From Lama glama (Eukaryota): 64,000 bases of DNA. The translations under genes were made by a program, and so were the position numbers. Positions within the stretch are counted from its first letter, which is position 1; each line of letters opens with the position of its first letter. The DNA is taken from NCBI GenBank assembly GCA_028534125.1, contig CM052817.1, positions 10,666,001 through 10,730,000 of the forward strand. Direction: 5' to 3'. The notes beneath the pieces are model-generated. The model ran no database searches. It had not been told where the DNA came from and saw nothing but the letters and a program-made list of their open reading frames with translations. Positions 35,546 to 47,823 of this stretch are shown piece after piece.

Positions 35546-36369
35546 AGCATGCTAAGTGCTACCTGAAGTCAAGAGAGTCACTGAGGCAAACCCTGGTTGT
35601 GCTCTTTCAAGAACTGTCAGCAGGGACGGGGCCCCCAGATTCACTGACCTGGCGGATATCTCAACCATGAACACCAGTGCCTGACACCATGAAACATTTT
35701 CTATATTCTTCACTCACCTCCCTTTGACCTACATGCTGCTCACCAAGCATGTGGCTGGCAAAGACCTGAATTCCAGTTGTGTTTTGTTAGGGGAAGGATG
35801 CGCCCGGGCAAGCCTGCGTGGCAGGTGGGATTCTGACTGTAATCTGGTCTCTGCCTATCCTGGCGTCAGGTGCTGGTCTCTCCTGAGTGGTTGAAGCAGT
35901 CAGCCTCTCTCACTGCATCACCTTGGGAGCACTGACAAAACACCAAGAGCCCGGATTTGCTGGGCTGCGAGCCAGGCTCTTGGAGAAGTCACCAGAGTCC
36001 CTGCCTGCAAAGTCCCTGCCACCTTCTGAGGTTTGCAGGGCCACCCAGTCCTGTGGACACAACTTTCTTCAGTTGCTACTGGAAACAATATCAGAAAGTT
36101 ATCTGTGAAAAATCCTTTTAAGACCTACCTTTTTAAAATTAGGCAACATGTCTGGCTCTTTCTTTAATCAGAAACAGTCTGTTCCCCTTCTGGACATTAG
36201 CCCCTCTGTAAGCAGATTATGTCCTAATTGGAGGTGATTTTTCATGGGAAAGGTTGTGAACAGGGCAGCTTGTGGTGTGACTGCCCCAGCTCTGTCTGCC
36301 TCCCTCCAGTGGCAGCTTCAGGAATGGCAGCAGCACAAATGTAAATTGTAATTCATAACACAAGGCTTG

Positions 36370-36910
36370 TTTAAAATCTTTGTCTCCCCATCACTTAGAA
36401 TAAAACACAGCTATTTACCAGGCTCTACAAGACCAAAGCTCTGTCTGGACCGCGTTGAGCACCCTCAATGACCACTTCCATCTCTGTCTTCCTCTCAACA
36501 CTTCCGCCTCCATCCTGACTTCAAATATTCCAAACTAGTACCACCCTTAGAATCTTTGTACTAGTTGCTTTTTTCTCTCTGGGGTTCTTTCACCCAGACT
36601 CTTTAAGCTTAGCTTCTGCTCATCACTCAGGTCTCAGCTTAGACACAACCTCTTCAGTCAGAGGGGTCTTCCCTAACCAGTGACCCAGTGTGCAGACATC
36701 CTCTTTCTTCATCACGTGGCCATATTTATTAAGCTCTCCAGGGTACTTACTCATCTCTGCTTGAGATTTTCTTTTTCATCTTTGTGTTTACTTCTTTTGC
36801 AACTTAAATGGAAGCTTCATACAAGAACAGTGTTTTTTTCAGTTCTGTATTCCCAGCACTTATAGGAGTGCCTGGCACAGAGTAGAGAGGGGCTCTGTAT
36901 GCATTTATTA
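36370..36910 (+). mobile_element. LINE-2 3' fragment
   Basis: tcatcactcaggtctcagctt...ctgtattcccagcacttataggagtgcctggcacagagtag. Confidence 0.7.
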
Positions 36911-36999
36911 ATCCTGCCACTCTCCCATCCAACATCCACAGCAGAAGGTTAATCAACTGTAGTATTCTTTCCACTGCATATTGCAGCATCGAGACGACA

Positions 37000-37570
37000 A
37001 TTTACTAGAGAGCCTGAGATCACTCCACTTGCAAAAGTAAATCCAGATAAAGAGCTACATGTAAAGAACTATACAGATGATATTAAAAGTGAATGTTCTT
37101 ATAACCTTGCAATGGAAAAAAAAATCCAGTGAAAAAGCTATTCCAAAATCAAGCACAAGACTCAGAAAACAATAGAGAAAGGACTGACAAATCTGGCAAT
37201 AAAAATGTTACATATTTGTATGACAGTAAACCAAGTTGAAACAGTTGATGAAGAATTAATAACCTTATTTAAAAAAATCCACAAATCAATAAGACAAAGA
37301 AAACAATGATATAGAAAATAGATATTAGTCACAAATAATTCACGTGGTACAGATGGCCAATGACAATGAAGAAAGGCACTGAACATTACTTATACTCAAG
37401 AAAATGAAAATCACCATAGAATATTTTTTTCCTGTTAAATTAATGAAACAAAAAAGATCCAAAGCTGGATGTGGAGAAATGGCCACTGTTTTCATGGGAA
37501 GAGTATAAATGTGCACTGTCCTTTGAAAGGTAATTTGTCAGTACCTACGAAAATGTACACTGCATTTATA
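37000..37570 (+). mobile_element. Old LINE-1 ORF2 remnant (L1ME-like)
   Basis: A-rich; ggatgtggagaaatggccactg...tttgaaaggtaatttgtcagtacc. Confidence 0.6.
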
Positions 37571-38427
37571 CAATCATTTCATACTAACGTGCTTATGATA
37601 ATTGGCATTACATTGAATACAATTGAGATTAAATACTTTTCATGTTAATTGCTCACCTATATTTTTCTATTCTGAACTTGCCAGCTTATGGCCATTGCCT
37701 GCTTCTCTACCATTAGATTGTTTGAATAACACTTACAGATGCAGAGAAACACAGAAAGGGCACAAAAATTTACTTCTTCACACAAAGACTATTGAACTCC
37801 TTTATCTTTTCACTCTCAGTAGTGGAGCCAGCTGTACTGAAACAATAATATAATTACAATTGTTTCTCAGCAGTGACCCTATCCCAGGAACTTGCATCCC
37901 TCATAACTTGCTAAGAGGACAGAATGATTGCTTCCACATTTGAAAGAATGTAATTCATCATGCGTTTTTTAATTCAGTTAGAAAACACGTATCGACTACC
38001 TACATTTGCCAGGTACTGCTGTAGCCATCCAGCCTCTACCCTTTTGCTCTTACTTATAAAATATGTACAACTCCTTCAGGAGCAATGGGAGAGGGATCGA
38101 GGCCAGCCAGCAAGGTCCACAGGAAAGGTGCCCAAGTTTGCACACAGTCACAGCTGAGCTAGGAGGAAAATTCTGTTATTAAAATTTTAAAAGCAGAATC
38201 TCAGACTTAAAAATTCTCCATGAATTAAATTAGAAAAATAAAAGTTAACAAATGCTATGTGTGTAATGTTCCCACTTTTGTTAAAATTATATATACACAC
38301 TTTTCTACATACTTATGAATATTTATATATGCATATTTATATGAATGAATTTGCACAGGAAAAGATCTGGAAGGATATACCCAAAATTAATTTTCTTAAA
38401 TGGTGGCATTTCAGGTTGCTTTCATTT

Positions 38428-38640
38428 CTTTTTTTTAAATTGAAGTATAGTCGATTTACAATATTATATTAGTTTCAGGTGTACAGCATGGTGATTCACT
38501 ATTTTTGCAGATCATACTCTTTTGCAGGTTATTACGAGATAATGGTTACAATTCCTGGTGCTACACTGTACATCCTTCTTGTTTATCTATTTCATACACG
38601 GTATTCATGTATTTCATACATGACATAGATGGTATATGTT
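38428..38640 (-). mobile_element. LINE-1 3'UTR fragment
   Basis: ttgaagtatagtcgatttacaatattatattagtttcaggtgtacagcatggtgattca. Confidence 0.85.
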
Positions 38641-39250
38641 AATACCGTGCCCCATTCATTTACTTTTTCTTCTTTTTGTTTTCCAAGTTTTCTGCTATTA
38701 ATATAAAATGCCCCAATAATCTCAGAAATGAAAAGAAATCCCATACGTAATTGTTGAAAGTGGGCTCTATCACCAGGCATTCAGTTTTCTTTCAGTTCTT
38801 TCTCTATCACTTCCTAGATTTATGAATTATGAAGTTTTTTTAAAAAGTCACTTAGCTACTTTACTAAGCCTTAGCTTCTTCACATGAAAATAGTGATGGT
38901 AAATAATAATTACCCCAAAGGTTCTTGGTTAGAATTCAACAATATCAAATAAGTAAAGCCCTTAACACAGAGCTTCATGCTTAGTAAATACTCTCAGTGT
39001 TAGTCCATTTATTTCTTTTCTTCTCTCCTTATATGGAAAATGTTACAGTCAATTAAACATTAGAGTCTCTAAAAGCCATAGCGGTCCACCCAGGAGTTCC
39101 CAGGATGTTCCCAGTTTCAAATACTTCATCTGGACTGCGGGTAATAATCTTGATTTGAGATTCATGATTTTCATTAGGCTCTTGTTCCTTTGGTCATCTT
39201 ACCACAACACCTAACAGTTTTGAGCACTTACTTTGTGCTCTCCAATCTTC

Positions 39251-39352
39251 CTTTTTTTTTTTTTCTCCCTTAATACAGGCACTGAGAATTGAACCCAGGA
39301 CTTCGTGTATGCCAAGCACGCGCTCTACCACTGAGCTATACCCCGACCCGTA
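39251..39352 (-). mobile_element. Short tRNA-Ala-derived retroposon (SINE variant)
   Basis: Reverse reads GGGGTATAGCTCAGTGGTAGAGCGCGTGCTTGGCATACACGAAGTCCTGGGTTCAATTCTCAGTGCC, then an A tail. Perfect TSD tccaatcttc at 39241-39250 and 39353-39362. Confidence 0.9.
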
Positions 39353-39499
39353 TCCAATCTTCTGAAATGAGAAAGCATAGCTATGAGAGTCTGACATGTA
39401 GCTGTCTGAAGCTTTAAGCTTCATTCATAGCCAAAGCTTCTTACACAGTTAACTGGGATGTTTCTGCCTTCCTTAATGGATAGGCAAACTCTGCTAACT

Positions 39500-42400
39500 A
39501 GAATGTTTAAATATACCAAAATAAGGAAAAGTCCCAAATACATTTTATAAAGTGAATATGACATTGATCCTGAAAGTTGGTGAAAATTGCACCAAAGAAA
39601 AAAAAGAGAGAAAACTACAAACTATTCACACTAAAAATATTCAATAAAATATTAGCGGACAGCCTACTAAAAAATATTCATTAAAAGCATATGTTCATTT
39701 TTTAAAGAATGTAGAAGTGGTTTGATATTAAGGGTTGTATTTATATGTCACCAAATTAACACACTTAAAGGGAAAAGATCATGATTATTTCCAGAGATGC
39801 AGAAAGACCATTGCCAAAATCCATTTATGAGTTTTACATGCTTCTGTAAGAAAGAAGGAAAGAAAGAAAGAAAGAGAGAAAGAGAGAAAGAGAGAGAGGA
39901 AGAGAGGAAGAAAGGAAGAAAGAGAGGAAGGAAGGAAGGAAGGAAGGAAGGAAGGAAGAAAGAATTGTTTAATATTTCCTTGTCATTTATAAAAATGACA
40001 TATATAACCTTAATAACAAAGCCAGAGAATTTTCACTAAAATTAATTGTAGGAAGAGTGATGTCCATCATTTTCAAAGATGCTCATGAAACCCATGGCTC
40101 TGTAACATACACAATGACCGGCACTTCCAACGTAATGTTAAATAGCCATAGACTTCACTCTGTTTATCCCTGATTTTAGCGAACAAGTCTCTGACTTTGT
40201 TGCTAAAGTTGTATATGCAATTTTTATATTGATTACATAATAAAATGTTCATCAATTATCCCAATGTTACTTAACAAAAAGCTGGTCTTCACTGATTTGA
40301 GAAGACATCTCATGATGCCATATGAAAAGGATTAAAATGTATATATTTCTTACAACACAGCAGGATAGATTCCAAATGAATAAGAGATTTATGTGTGAAA
40401 AAATTAAAACACAAGCACTAGATAAAAGTGTGAGTGATTCCACTAGAATTTAGCCTTAGAAGAAAATCCTCACAAAATCCAAAAGAACAATAAAGAAAAA
40501 TTAAACTATTAAAAGGAAAAAAAAACTTTTGCATGAAGAAAAGATACTAAATCAAAGAGGAAAAAGTCAAACTGGGAAAACTTAGCTCCTTATATAACAA
40601 TAAATAAATATTTGTAAATATTGCTAACATCTACAGAGTTTCAATATTTTTAAAAGCTTACAATTTTATAGAAAATGAACTAGGGAATAGATAAATGATT
40701 CACTGAAAAATAAATTTAAATGACTCAATTAATAAATGCTTGCTCGATTTCACTCATAATAAAAGAAATCTGCTTCAGATAAATTGAGATGTCATTTCTT
40801 AAATATTAGGCAGCAAATCCAAACTTTCTTCTTAGTTTGGTAAAAATCCTATAGCCAAAGCTTTTTAGGCAAATAGGCACTTTCATATGTTGCTTATGAA
40901 AAGACAAAGTGGTTCAACTCTTACAGAAGGAAATTTGGCAATATCTTACAAAATTATATGGGTATTTAAACTTTGACTTAACAATCACACCCCTAGGAAT
41001 GTATACCAAAAACACTAGATACAAAATAAAGGAAGGAAAGTCAAGACCTTATAATTTCAAGGTTATTTATTGCAGAATTAATTACAGCAAAATGGCCCAA
41101 TTACAGGAAAAATGATCCAAATGTCCATCAATAGGGAATTGGTCAAATAAATTCTGATATATTCATACAATGCAGTACCGTGCAACTTTATAGATTAATA
41201 AAGAATAACTCTATCTATATACCATTATAGAGTGAGACCCAAGATATATTACATGAAAAAAAAAAAGCAAGCAAAGTGTGAATAGTGTGCTATTTTTAAG
41301 TACAGGGAGTATGGAAAGATGTATATAGCTCTTTTTATTAATAAAAAGTAAATGATGGAAGGAGAAACCATAAAACATTTTTAAAAGGGTACCTATGAGG
41401 GGTTGGCTTTGTGAACTTGACTTTCAAAGCATGCAAATAATTTATACAATTTAAAACAAAATTTAACTTCTAAAAATTTATAATTAACAACAGAAAGTAA
41501 AATGAAACAGATGAACTTCACTGTGTATTTAGTCTGCATCAAATCCACAAGAGAAAAAGAATTCCAAGTGATTGTAAGACACAGTAATTTGACTTTCTAT
41601 CCCTAGTGGAATAAACTTTAAGGGAAAAAAAAATAACAGCCCGCCACCCCAAATATGTGTAAACTTTTAAAAGTAATAATATTGACTATGGCAATGGTAT
41701 TTTTCATGCTGTTGTATTTGCTTTGAGAAGTAACGCAGTTGAGTAATTATGTGAATTATAAATTTTATCATAAATGTGATGAAAGGACTATGAAACAAAT
41801 GACCCATTTTCTTCAAAATAAACAAATAATAGGAAAGAGAAAAAGAGAAAAACAATCTATAGGTTAAAATAAACTTAAAACACTTATTAAATTATCACAA
41901 TATATGGACCTTATTAAATTCTGATTCAGACAAACAAAATGTTTTTTAAAAGATGACATTTATGAGACAATTGGAAATTCTAATGGTGGATACTTAATAT
42001 TGATAATTTATTGTTATTGTGTTTCTGTATAGCAATGAAATGGGGTTATGTTTTTAAAAGAGTTTTTATCTGTTTTTGAGATTTAGAATGGTTTATTATA
42101 GAGCAATAGAAACTGAAACATTAACAAAACTTAGGAAGAACTTTAAAATCAATACAAATATTAATAACAATATATAAATAAGAGACATAAACTAACTATG
42201 AATGTAAAGGATACCTACCAGTGGATAAACATATGAAAATATGCCTAAATTTTTGACTAATTAGAGATTAAAAATGAAAACAATGTATGATTTCTTATCC
42301 ATAATATCTACAATATTTAATACATTTCAAATTCTAAGTGCTTATAAGTTTTTACCTGTTTAACATATATATTGCTATATTTATGGAGAAAATGCTATGA

Positions 42401-42600
42401 CAATGGGGATTAACTCACAATAGTAAGAGAGAAGGAACTGGGTGAAAGTATAAATGAAATAAATTGGCCATTAGTTGATAATCATTGAAACTGAGTAATG
42501 AGTACCTGTGAATCTGTTATTTTATCTATTCAATTTTTGTGTATATTTAACATTTTCCAAAAAAGAAAAAATTCAACAATACTTTATAGAAATAAATGAA
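39500..42600 (+). mobile_element. Highly decayed old LINE-1 (ORF2 RT remnants to 3'UTR; L1MC/ME-like)
   Basis: gatcatgattatttccagagatgcagaaagacc (HMIIS.DAEK), ggaaatttggcaatatc...cccctaggaat, aaatgtccatcaatagggaattgg. A-rich plus strand. Confidence 0.7.
39849..39965. repeat. (GAAA/GGAA)n purine-rich repeat
   Basis: aagaaagaaggaaagaaagaaag...ggaaggaaggaagg. Confidence 0.9.
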
Positions 42601-43082
42601 ATAATTGCTAAAATGTGCTAGATTTATAGCATAAGTTTATAAGATGAAACTAAAAGCCTAAAAAAGAACTAAGTTTTGTGAATCCATAACTTTAATAAAT
42701 TGGATTTCAAAATGTAGAAGAGATAAGCAAGATTATACAGTATAGCACAGAGAAATATATACAAAATCTTGTGTGAATACAATTATTTAAGGCAAAATAC
42801 AACTCCTGAGTAGTGTTTTATATGCACAAAAGCCAATCTCACAGACAAGACAATACACAGATAAGCTATGCCCTGGAAGGAGACAGCTTGGGCTTAAAAT
42901 CCTTCTCACCACAAGCCTGAATTGTAAAACACAAAGTATTTAGAACAGTGCCTGGCACAGAGATAACACTCAGGAAACTTCAGGAATCATGGCTATCATC
43001 AGCCTGGGAAGCGGAAAGAGAATGGATCTAGTTCAAACCTGGACTTTTACATCTATGAACTGGGGACAAGTTATTTGGTTCC

Positions 43083-43268
43083 ATTTAGCAAATATATGTA
43101 TATTTAGCAAATATATGTATATATTTGCCAAATTATATATGCATATAAATTTTCAAATTTATATATATATACAAATATAAACGATTTATTTAGCAAATAT
43201 ATGTATATATTTGCTAAATTATATATGTATATAAATTTGCAAATTTATATATATATACAAATACAAAT
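43083..43268. repeat. AT-rich palindromic tandem duplication (~86-bp unit x2)
   Basis: Units start at 43102 and 43188. Contains a perfect 15-bp inverted repeat and a 24-bp palindrome. Confidence 0.9.
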
Positions 43269-44862
43269 GAAAGCACCTTCTCTATGCCAGCCCTGAAAAA
43301 CTGGGTCACTGCTCTTGGGGAGGTAACAATCTAGAATCTAAAGGAACACTGTTTCTTCAATTCTAAAGTTGCTATTCCAATCATCACAGATCATAATACA
43401 TTCACTGAGTTAGTTTGCAAATGAAGTGAAGTAGGTTCCAATGATCCAAACAGAGAAGTCCCCAAAGTGGGAAGAAATTTTGTTTGCAGCACCCAGTTAG
43501 ATGAAAACAGCTTTAAAGAGCACTGGAGCTCTCTGCTCTCTTCCTAGCCCACCGTGCTGACGGCTCACGTGGACCTGCCCTCTGAACGGACCTGCGTCAA
43601 CAAACTTGTGCTGCTTCCTAATAATCCGGAAGAGGCTGTATTAATTCATAAAATGCAACTTGGATTTGTAAATCAGGCCCTCGCATCACATTTTGTTAAT
43701 GTGCCCGGATTCCCAGGAACCAAGTACCCATTCACTTTTCATTGATGAATTTCATTTAATAAGTAGTTCCGAGCGCCTACTACGTGCAAGGCACTGAGCC
43801 AAGACTTGTGACAATCACAAAACACAGACACAAAGGAGCTTATATTGTAGCAAGAGCAGACAGACACTGAACAAGATGCTTAATAAACGAATGAATTATA
43901 TTAGATGGTGAAAGGTGCCCTGGGAAAAAATTAAAGAGCAGCGAAATATAAACAAGGTGTTTAGTAATATTTGCTGATTGATTTTTTGATTTTTACTGGC
44001 CTCTGTAAATAGTTGTCTACACCTCCTGAGGCTTCCCAAATGATTGTTTCTGCTCACAACCACTCAGTTTATCAATAAGCAAAGAAGCATGGACCCCAAT
44101 GTATGCTAGGAGTTCTAGAAAAAAGAGATTGGGGTGTTGATGCGGTTTTGGAGCAAAAGAAACCAAACTCCTATTATGGTAAGAGCTTCACTTTGAGTCC
44201 CTTCTCTAGAGCCATGAGTGATTAAGCGTCGGTAAGAGTTTATGTTGTAGGGAAAACCACCCAGAGTTGGAATTCATAATACTAACACGTGTTGTCCTTG
44301 GTCTTTTGGCAAAGCGACACCCCTGTTGCTTCAGTGGAGTCCAACAGAATCCTGTAGGCCCATATTGCACTTGGTACGTGTTTTCTCACAGGGCACCCTA
44401 AACTCCTGGTGGGTTGCAGCTCAGGTTGTTTTTGTTATTTAATGAGTTGCTTTCATCCAGAGCACACATTCTCTGTTGCCTTCCAAACGTTCCAAACAAG
44501 CTCAACGTATGGCCAGATCTCTCCACTAAGGGGCACCAGGACTGTTGATGCCGGGGGCTCGGAGCGGTGGATTCCATGCCGCCCCTCTGCTGCTAGGTGC
44601 TGGCGGGTGTTCAGTGTGCTGTGCCTGAAGCAGCCTATTGACCAATGCCTAGCGACACCGTGAAGTCTGTCGGACTCTCTCCCAGCAGCCCTTGCTTTGG
44701 AGGAACGCTTTGCTCTCATAACAGGCGCATCTCTGTAACCCACTTAGGGGACTCCTCTCCCAACTCTTCTCAGGCTGCTGAGAAGTTTAGTGCTTGATCT
44801 TATGTTTAGCCTGTCCCCTCCCTCCCTGGCCATCTAAGTTGAATTTCCTCTGCTCAGTTGCT

Positions 44863-45408
44863 TGTGAAAGCGATCAGAATATGCTGTCCTAGAATATGCC
44901 ACTTTGGCATTGGGATTATTTTGAGCTGAAGGTCAATTAGAAACAGGGAACACAGGAGGAGTTCTCTGGCCTTTCTGCCTAAAAGTAGGGCATAGAATTC
45001 CCTTCTGTGAAGAAAATTTACACTTGTAAAAGTTTCCTCTCTTGTCCTGAAAGAGGAAATAGACTCAGGAGACAACTCATCACCAGAGAGACTTGAGTCT
45101 ACATAACGAACCTTACCAAACAACTCATTTAGCCTAGTTCTCTCCCCACAACTCACCATCTCTCCGGAAGATCCAAACTCCCCTTTCCTTTGTCTAGTCT
45201 CCTCTTCACTCTTTATCACTTTTTGTTAAAATGGTATATAGGTCCCTGGGTCCAACCATCTCTTTGGGGTTTTCACTTCTTTTCTTTGAAGCCTCAAAAA
45301 AAAAAAAAAATCCACCACTGTTCTTTGTCAGTTTAATTCACAGACCTCAGATACTGAACCTAATATGGGAGAGGAAAGTTTGTTTGTTTGTTTTTTCCCT
45401 CTCCTATA
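44863..45408 (+). mobile_element. MER34-like ERV1 solo LTR
   Basis: cagaatatgc...aatatgccactttggcattgggattattttgagctgaagg...gtcagtttaattcacagacc...ctcctata. Confidence 0.8.
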
Positions 45409-46539
45409 TTTGCAAACTCAGTTGCATTAGGGTCACCTGGGAATTTTGAAAAATTAGTGCCTAAGTCCCACTTTGATGGAAATGTGCATGGGTAGGGGCT
45501 GGAAAGCTGTATCTTGTAAAGGTCTTGCCCCTGGCCTCTGACGTCTATGTGCAGCTAAGAAGAGTGAAGCAGCATATGACTGCCTGTCTTTGCTCCAGCA
45601 CTGTCAATCAGTTTCTTTCTTTGAGTCACCTTCACAGTTTTCCTGAGCTGGGGGAGGCCTGCCATTTGTGTATCGGTTCCTCTAAGCTTGTGGCACAATT
45701 ACTCCTGCGATCATTAATGAGCAAAAAGGTCCTGAAGGATAGGCAGCTGGGTCTGTGGGGTTGTCTGCTGCCACTACAACTTGATTAACATCGCTGGGCA
45801 GTCCGGGAAAAGGAAGACACTATTATCTGCATAGTCCACAGAACAATAGATCTCTGTTCTTTATATTGTGCTGGATCGAGAGCCTAAACTGTTGCCATGG
45901 TTACAAAGGCCCCTTAATGGGGCAAAGGGCAGAGTAAACATGGCATTGGAACATCTAAAATGCCAAATGTCAAGCTTTTGTCTGGGACCACATGCTGAGG
46001 AGTCAAAACAGGACTTACGGAGTCCACTTTAGGCTGGCAGGGCAACTTCTGGAACGTCTTTTCACACTAAGATACTAGGAAATACACACAAGGCTGAAAA
46101 TCACTCTCGATTAAAGTCCTTCCCAGGCTTGCCAATGCTCAAAAGATAAAGTCCAAATTCCTTGATTTGGCATCTGAGGTCCTGCACAACCTGCTCCCGT
46201 GAATCCCTGTGTCTCCTCCTTTAGAGGTGCAGGTCCCAAGCTCGGCATGCCCCGCCCCACTCTCTCTCCTTTGGTGGGTAGACCCTGCTCTTGCCTCCAG
46301 AGCCAGCTCATTTCTCACGTCCTCGTGGAGCCTTGGTGCCCCATCAGAATTTATATCCCCACCCAAATCCTCCATGGCCCTTATACTGTTTCATTGATTG
46401 GTTCACATGCCTTTGTCTCCTATGAGGCTGTAAGATCTTTAATGGCAGGACCATGACATATGGTATTTACCTTTGTGGTTCCCAGAACTGAAAACATGTA
46501 GACACTAAAAAACTAGATTAAATAAATAAAAAAATTTTA

Positions 46540-46990
46540 AAAAGCTTTTCAAAATAAATGACACCACCTATGAAGTGTTCTTGCTTTAAAAAATGTTGAG
46601 CATGAACCCTAGCCTTTTAGATTGAACTTCTTGTTTAAAGAAAAGACAGAGCTAGAGAAGCAAGCAAAATGGTATCAATGATATTGTTGGTTCTTTGGGC
46701 AACTGACCTGGTTTCTTTAGTAAGTCAGTGACATGGGAAAGAAGGGAGAGGGTAGGACAAAAGAGACTTAAAAATATATTACAACCAAATGCAGTGTGTA
46801 AACCTATAACAAAGCTATTTTTGAGATGATTAGGGAAATCTGAGTGTGGAGAGCGTATTAGATAACATTATGTTATTACTGTTCATTAGGGATGAAAATA
46901 GTATTTTGGTTGTGTATGAAATGTCCTTAATTGAGGGTAGAATAATGTGATGTAAAAAGATTTTCTTTAAAATACTACAACAAAATAAAC
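46540..46990 (+). mobile_element. Old LINE-1 (L1MC/ME-like) 3' fragment
   Basis: ctatgaagtgttcttgc...aaaagagacttaaaaatatattacaaccaaatgcagtgtgtaaacc. Confidence 0.65.
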
Positions 46991-47015
46991 ATACAAACAA
47001 GGCATAGTTGGGTTT

Positions 47016-47323
47016 TGTGGTATAAGAAGAAGTATGTATTTGGTCTTTGTCCCCCGTTCCTGGCACAGAGCTCCTAAAACCCTTGGAATTTCCTAAGTTG
47101 ATGGGACTGTTTCTTGTTTTCATAAAGAGCCTCTCTTGACCACAACTGAGTTTACATTAATGAGGTGATTCATGGTGGTGCCCCTAGATGATTTCCGGAT
47201 GGAGGATAGTCACTCGAGGAATCAACCCTGTCATTAGAGTGTTAGAACTTTCAGCCCCATCCTCAATCTTTGGGGAGGGGAGAGGGATTAGAAATTGAGT
47301 TCAATTACCAATGGCCAGTGATT
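47016..47323 (+). mobile_element. MER21-like LTR, truncated by the assembly gap
   Basis: ttggtctttgtcccccgttcctggcacagagctcctaaaacccttggaatttcct...ggggaggggagagggattagaaattgagttcaattaccaatggccagtgatt. Confidence 0.8.
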
Positions 47324-47823
47324 NNNNNNNNNNNNNNNNNNNNNNNNNNNNNNNNNNNNNNNNNNNNNNNNNNNNNNNNNNNNNNNNNNNNNNNNNNNNN
47401 NNNNNNNNNNNNNNNNNNNNNNNNNNNNNNNNNNNNNNNNNNNNNNNNNNNNNNNNNNNNNNNNNNNNNNNNNNNNNNNNNNNNNNNNNNNNNNNNNNNN
47501 NNNNNNNNNNNNNNNNNNNNNNNNNNNNNNNNNNNNNNNNNNNNNNNNNNNNNNNNNNNNNNNNNNNNNNNNNNNNNNNNNNNNNNNNNNNNNNNNNNNN
47601 NNNNNNNNNNNNNNNNNNNNNNNNNNNNNNNNNNNNNNNNNNNNNNNNNNNNNNNNNNNNNNNNNNNNNNNNNNNNNNNNNNNNNNNNNNNNNNNNNNNN
47701 NNNNNNNNNNNNNNNNNNNNNNNNNNNNNNNNNNNNNNNNNNNNNNNNNNNNNNNNNNNNNNNNNNNNNNNNNNNNNNNNNNNNNNNNNNNNNNNNNNNN
47801 NNNNNNNNNNNNNNNNNNNNNNN
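47324..47823. other. Assembly gap (500 N)
   Basis: Run of exactly 500 n. Confidence 1.

Noticed and set aside
43083..43268. CRISPR-like repeat-spacer array
   Set aside because: Eukaryotic context, no unique spacers and no cas genes; it is a simple tandem palindrome.
44523..44536. CTCF-like site CCACTAAGGGGCAC
   Set aside because: Mismatch at a core G, and motif-only evidence is insufficient.
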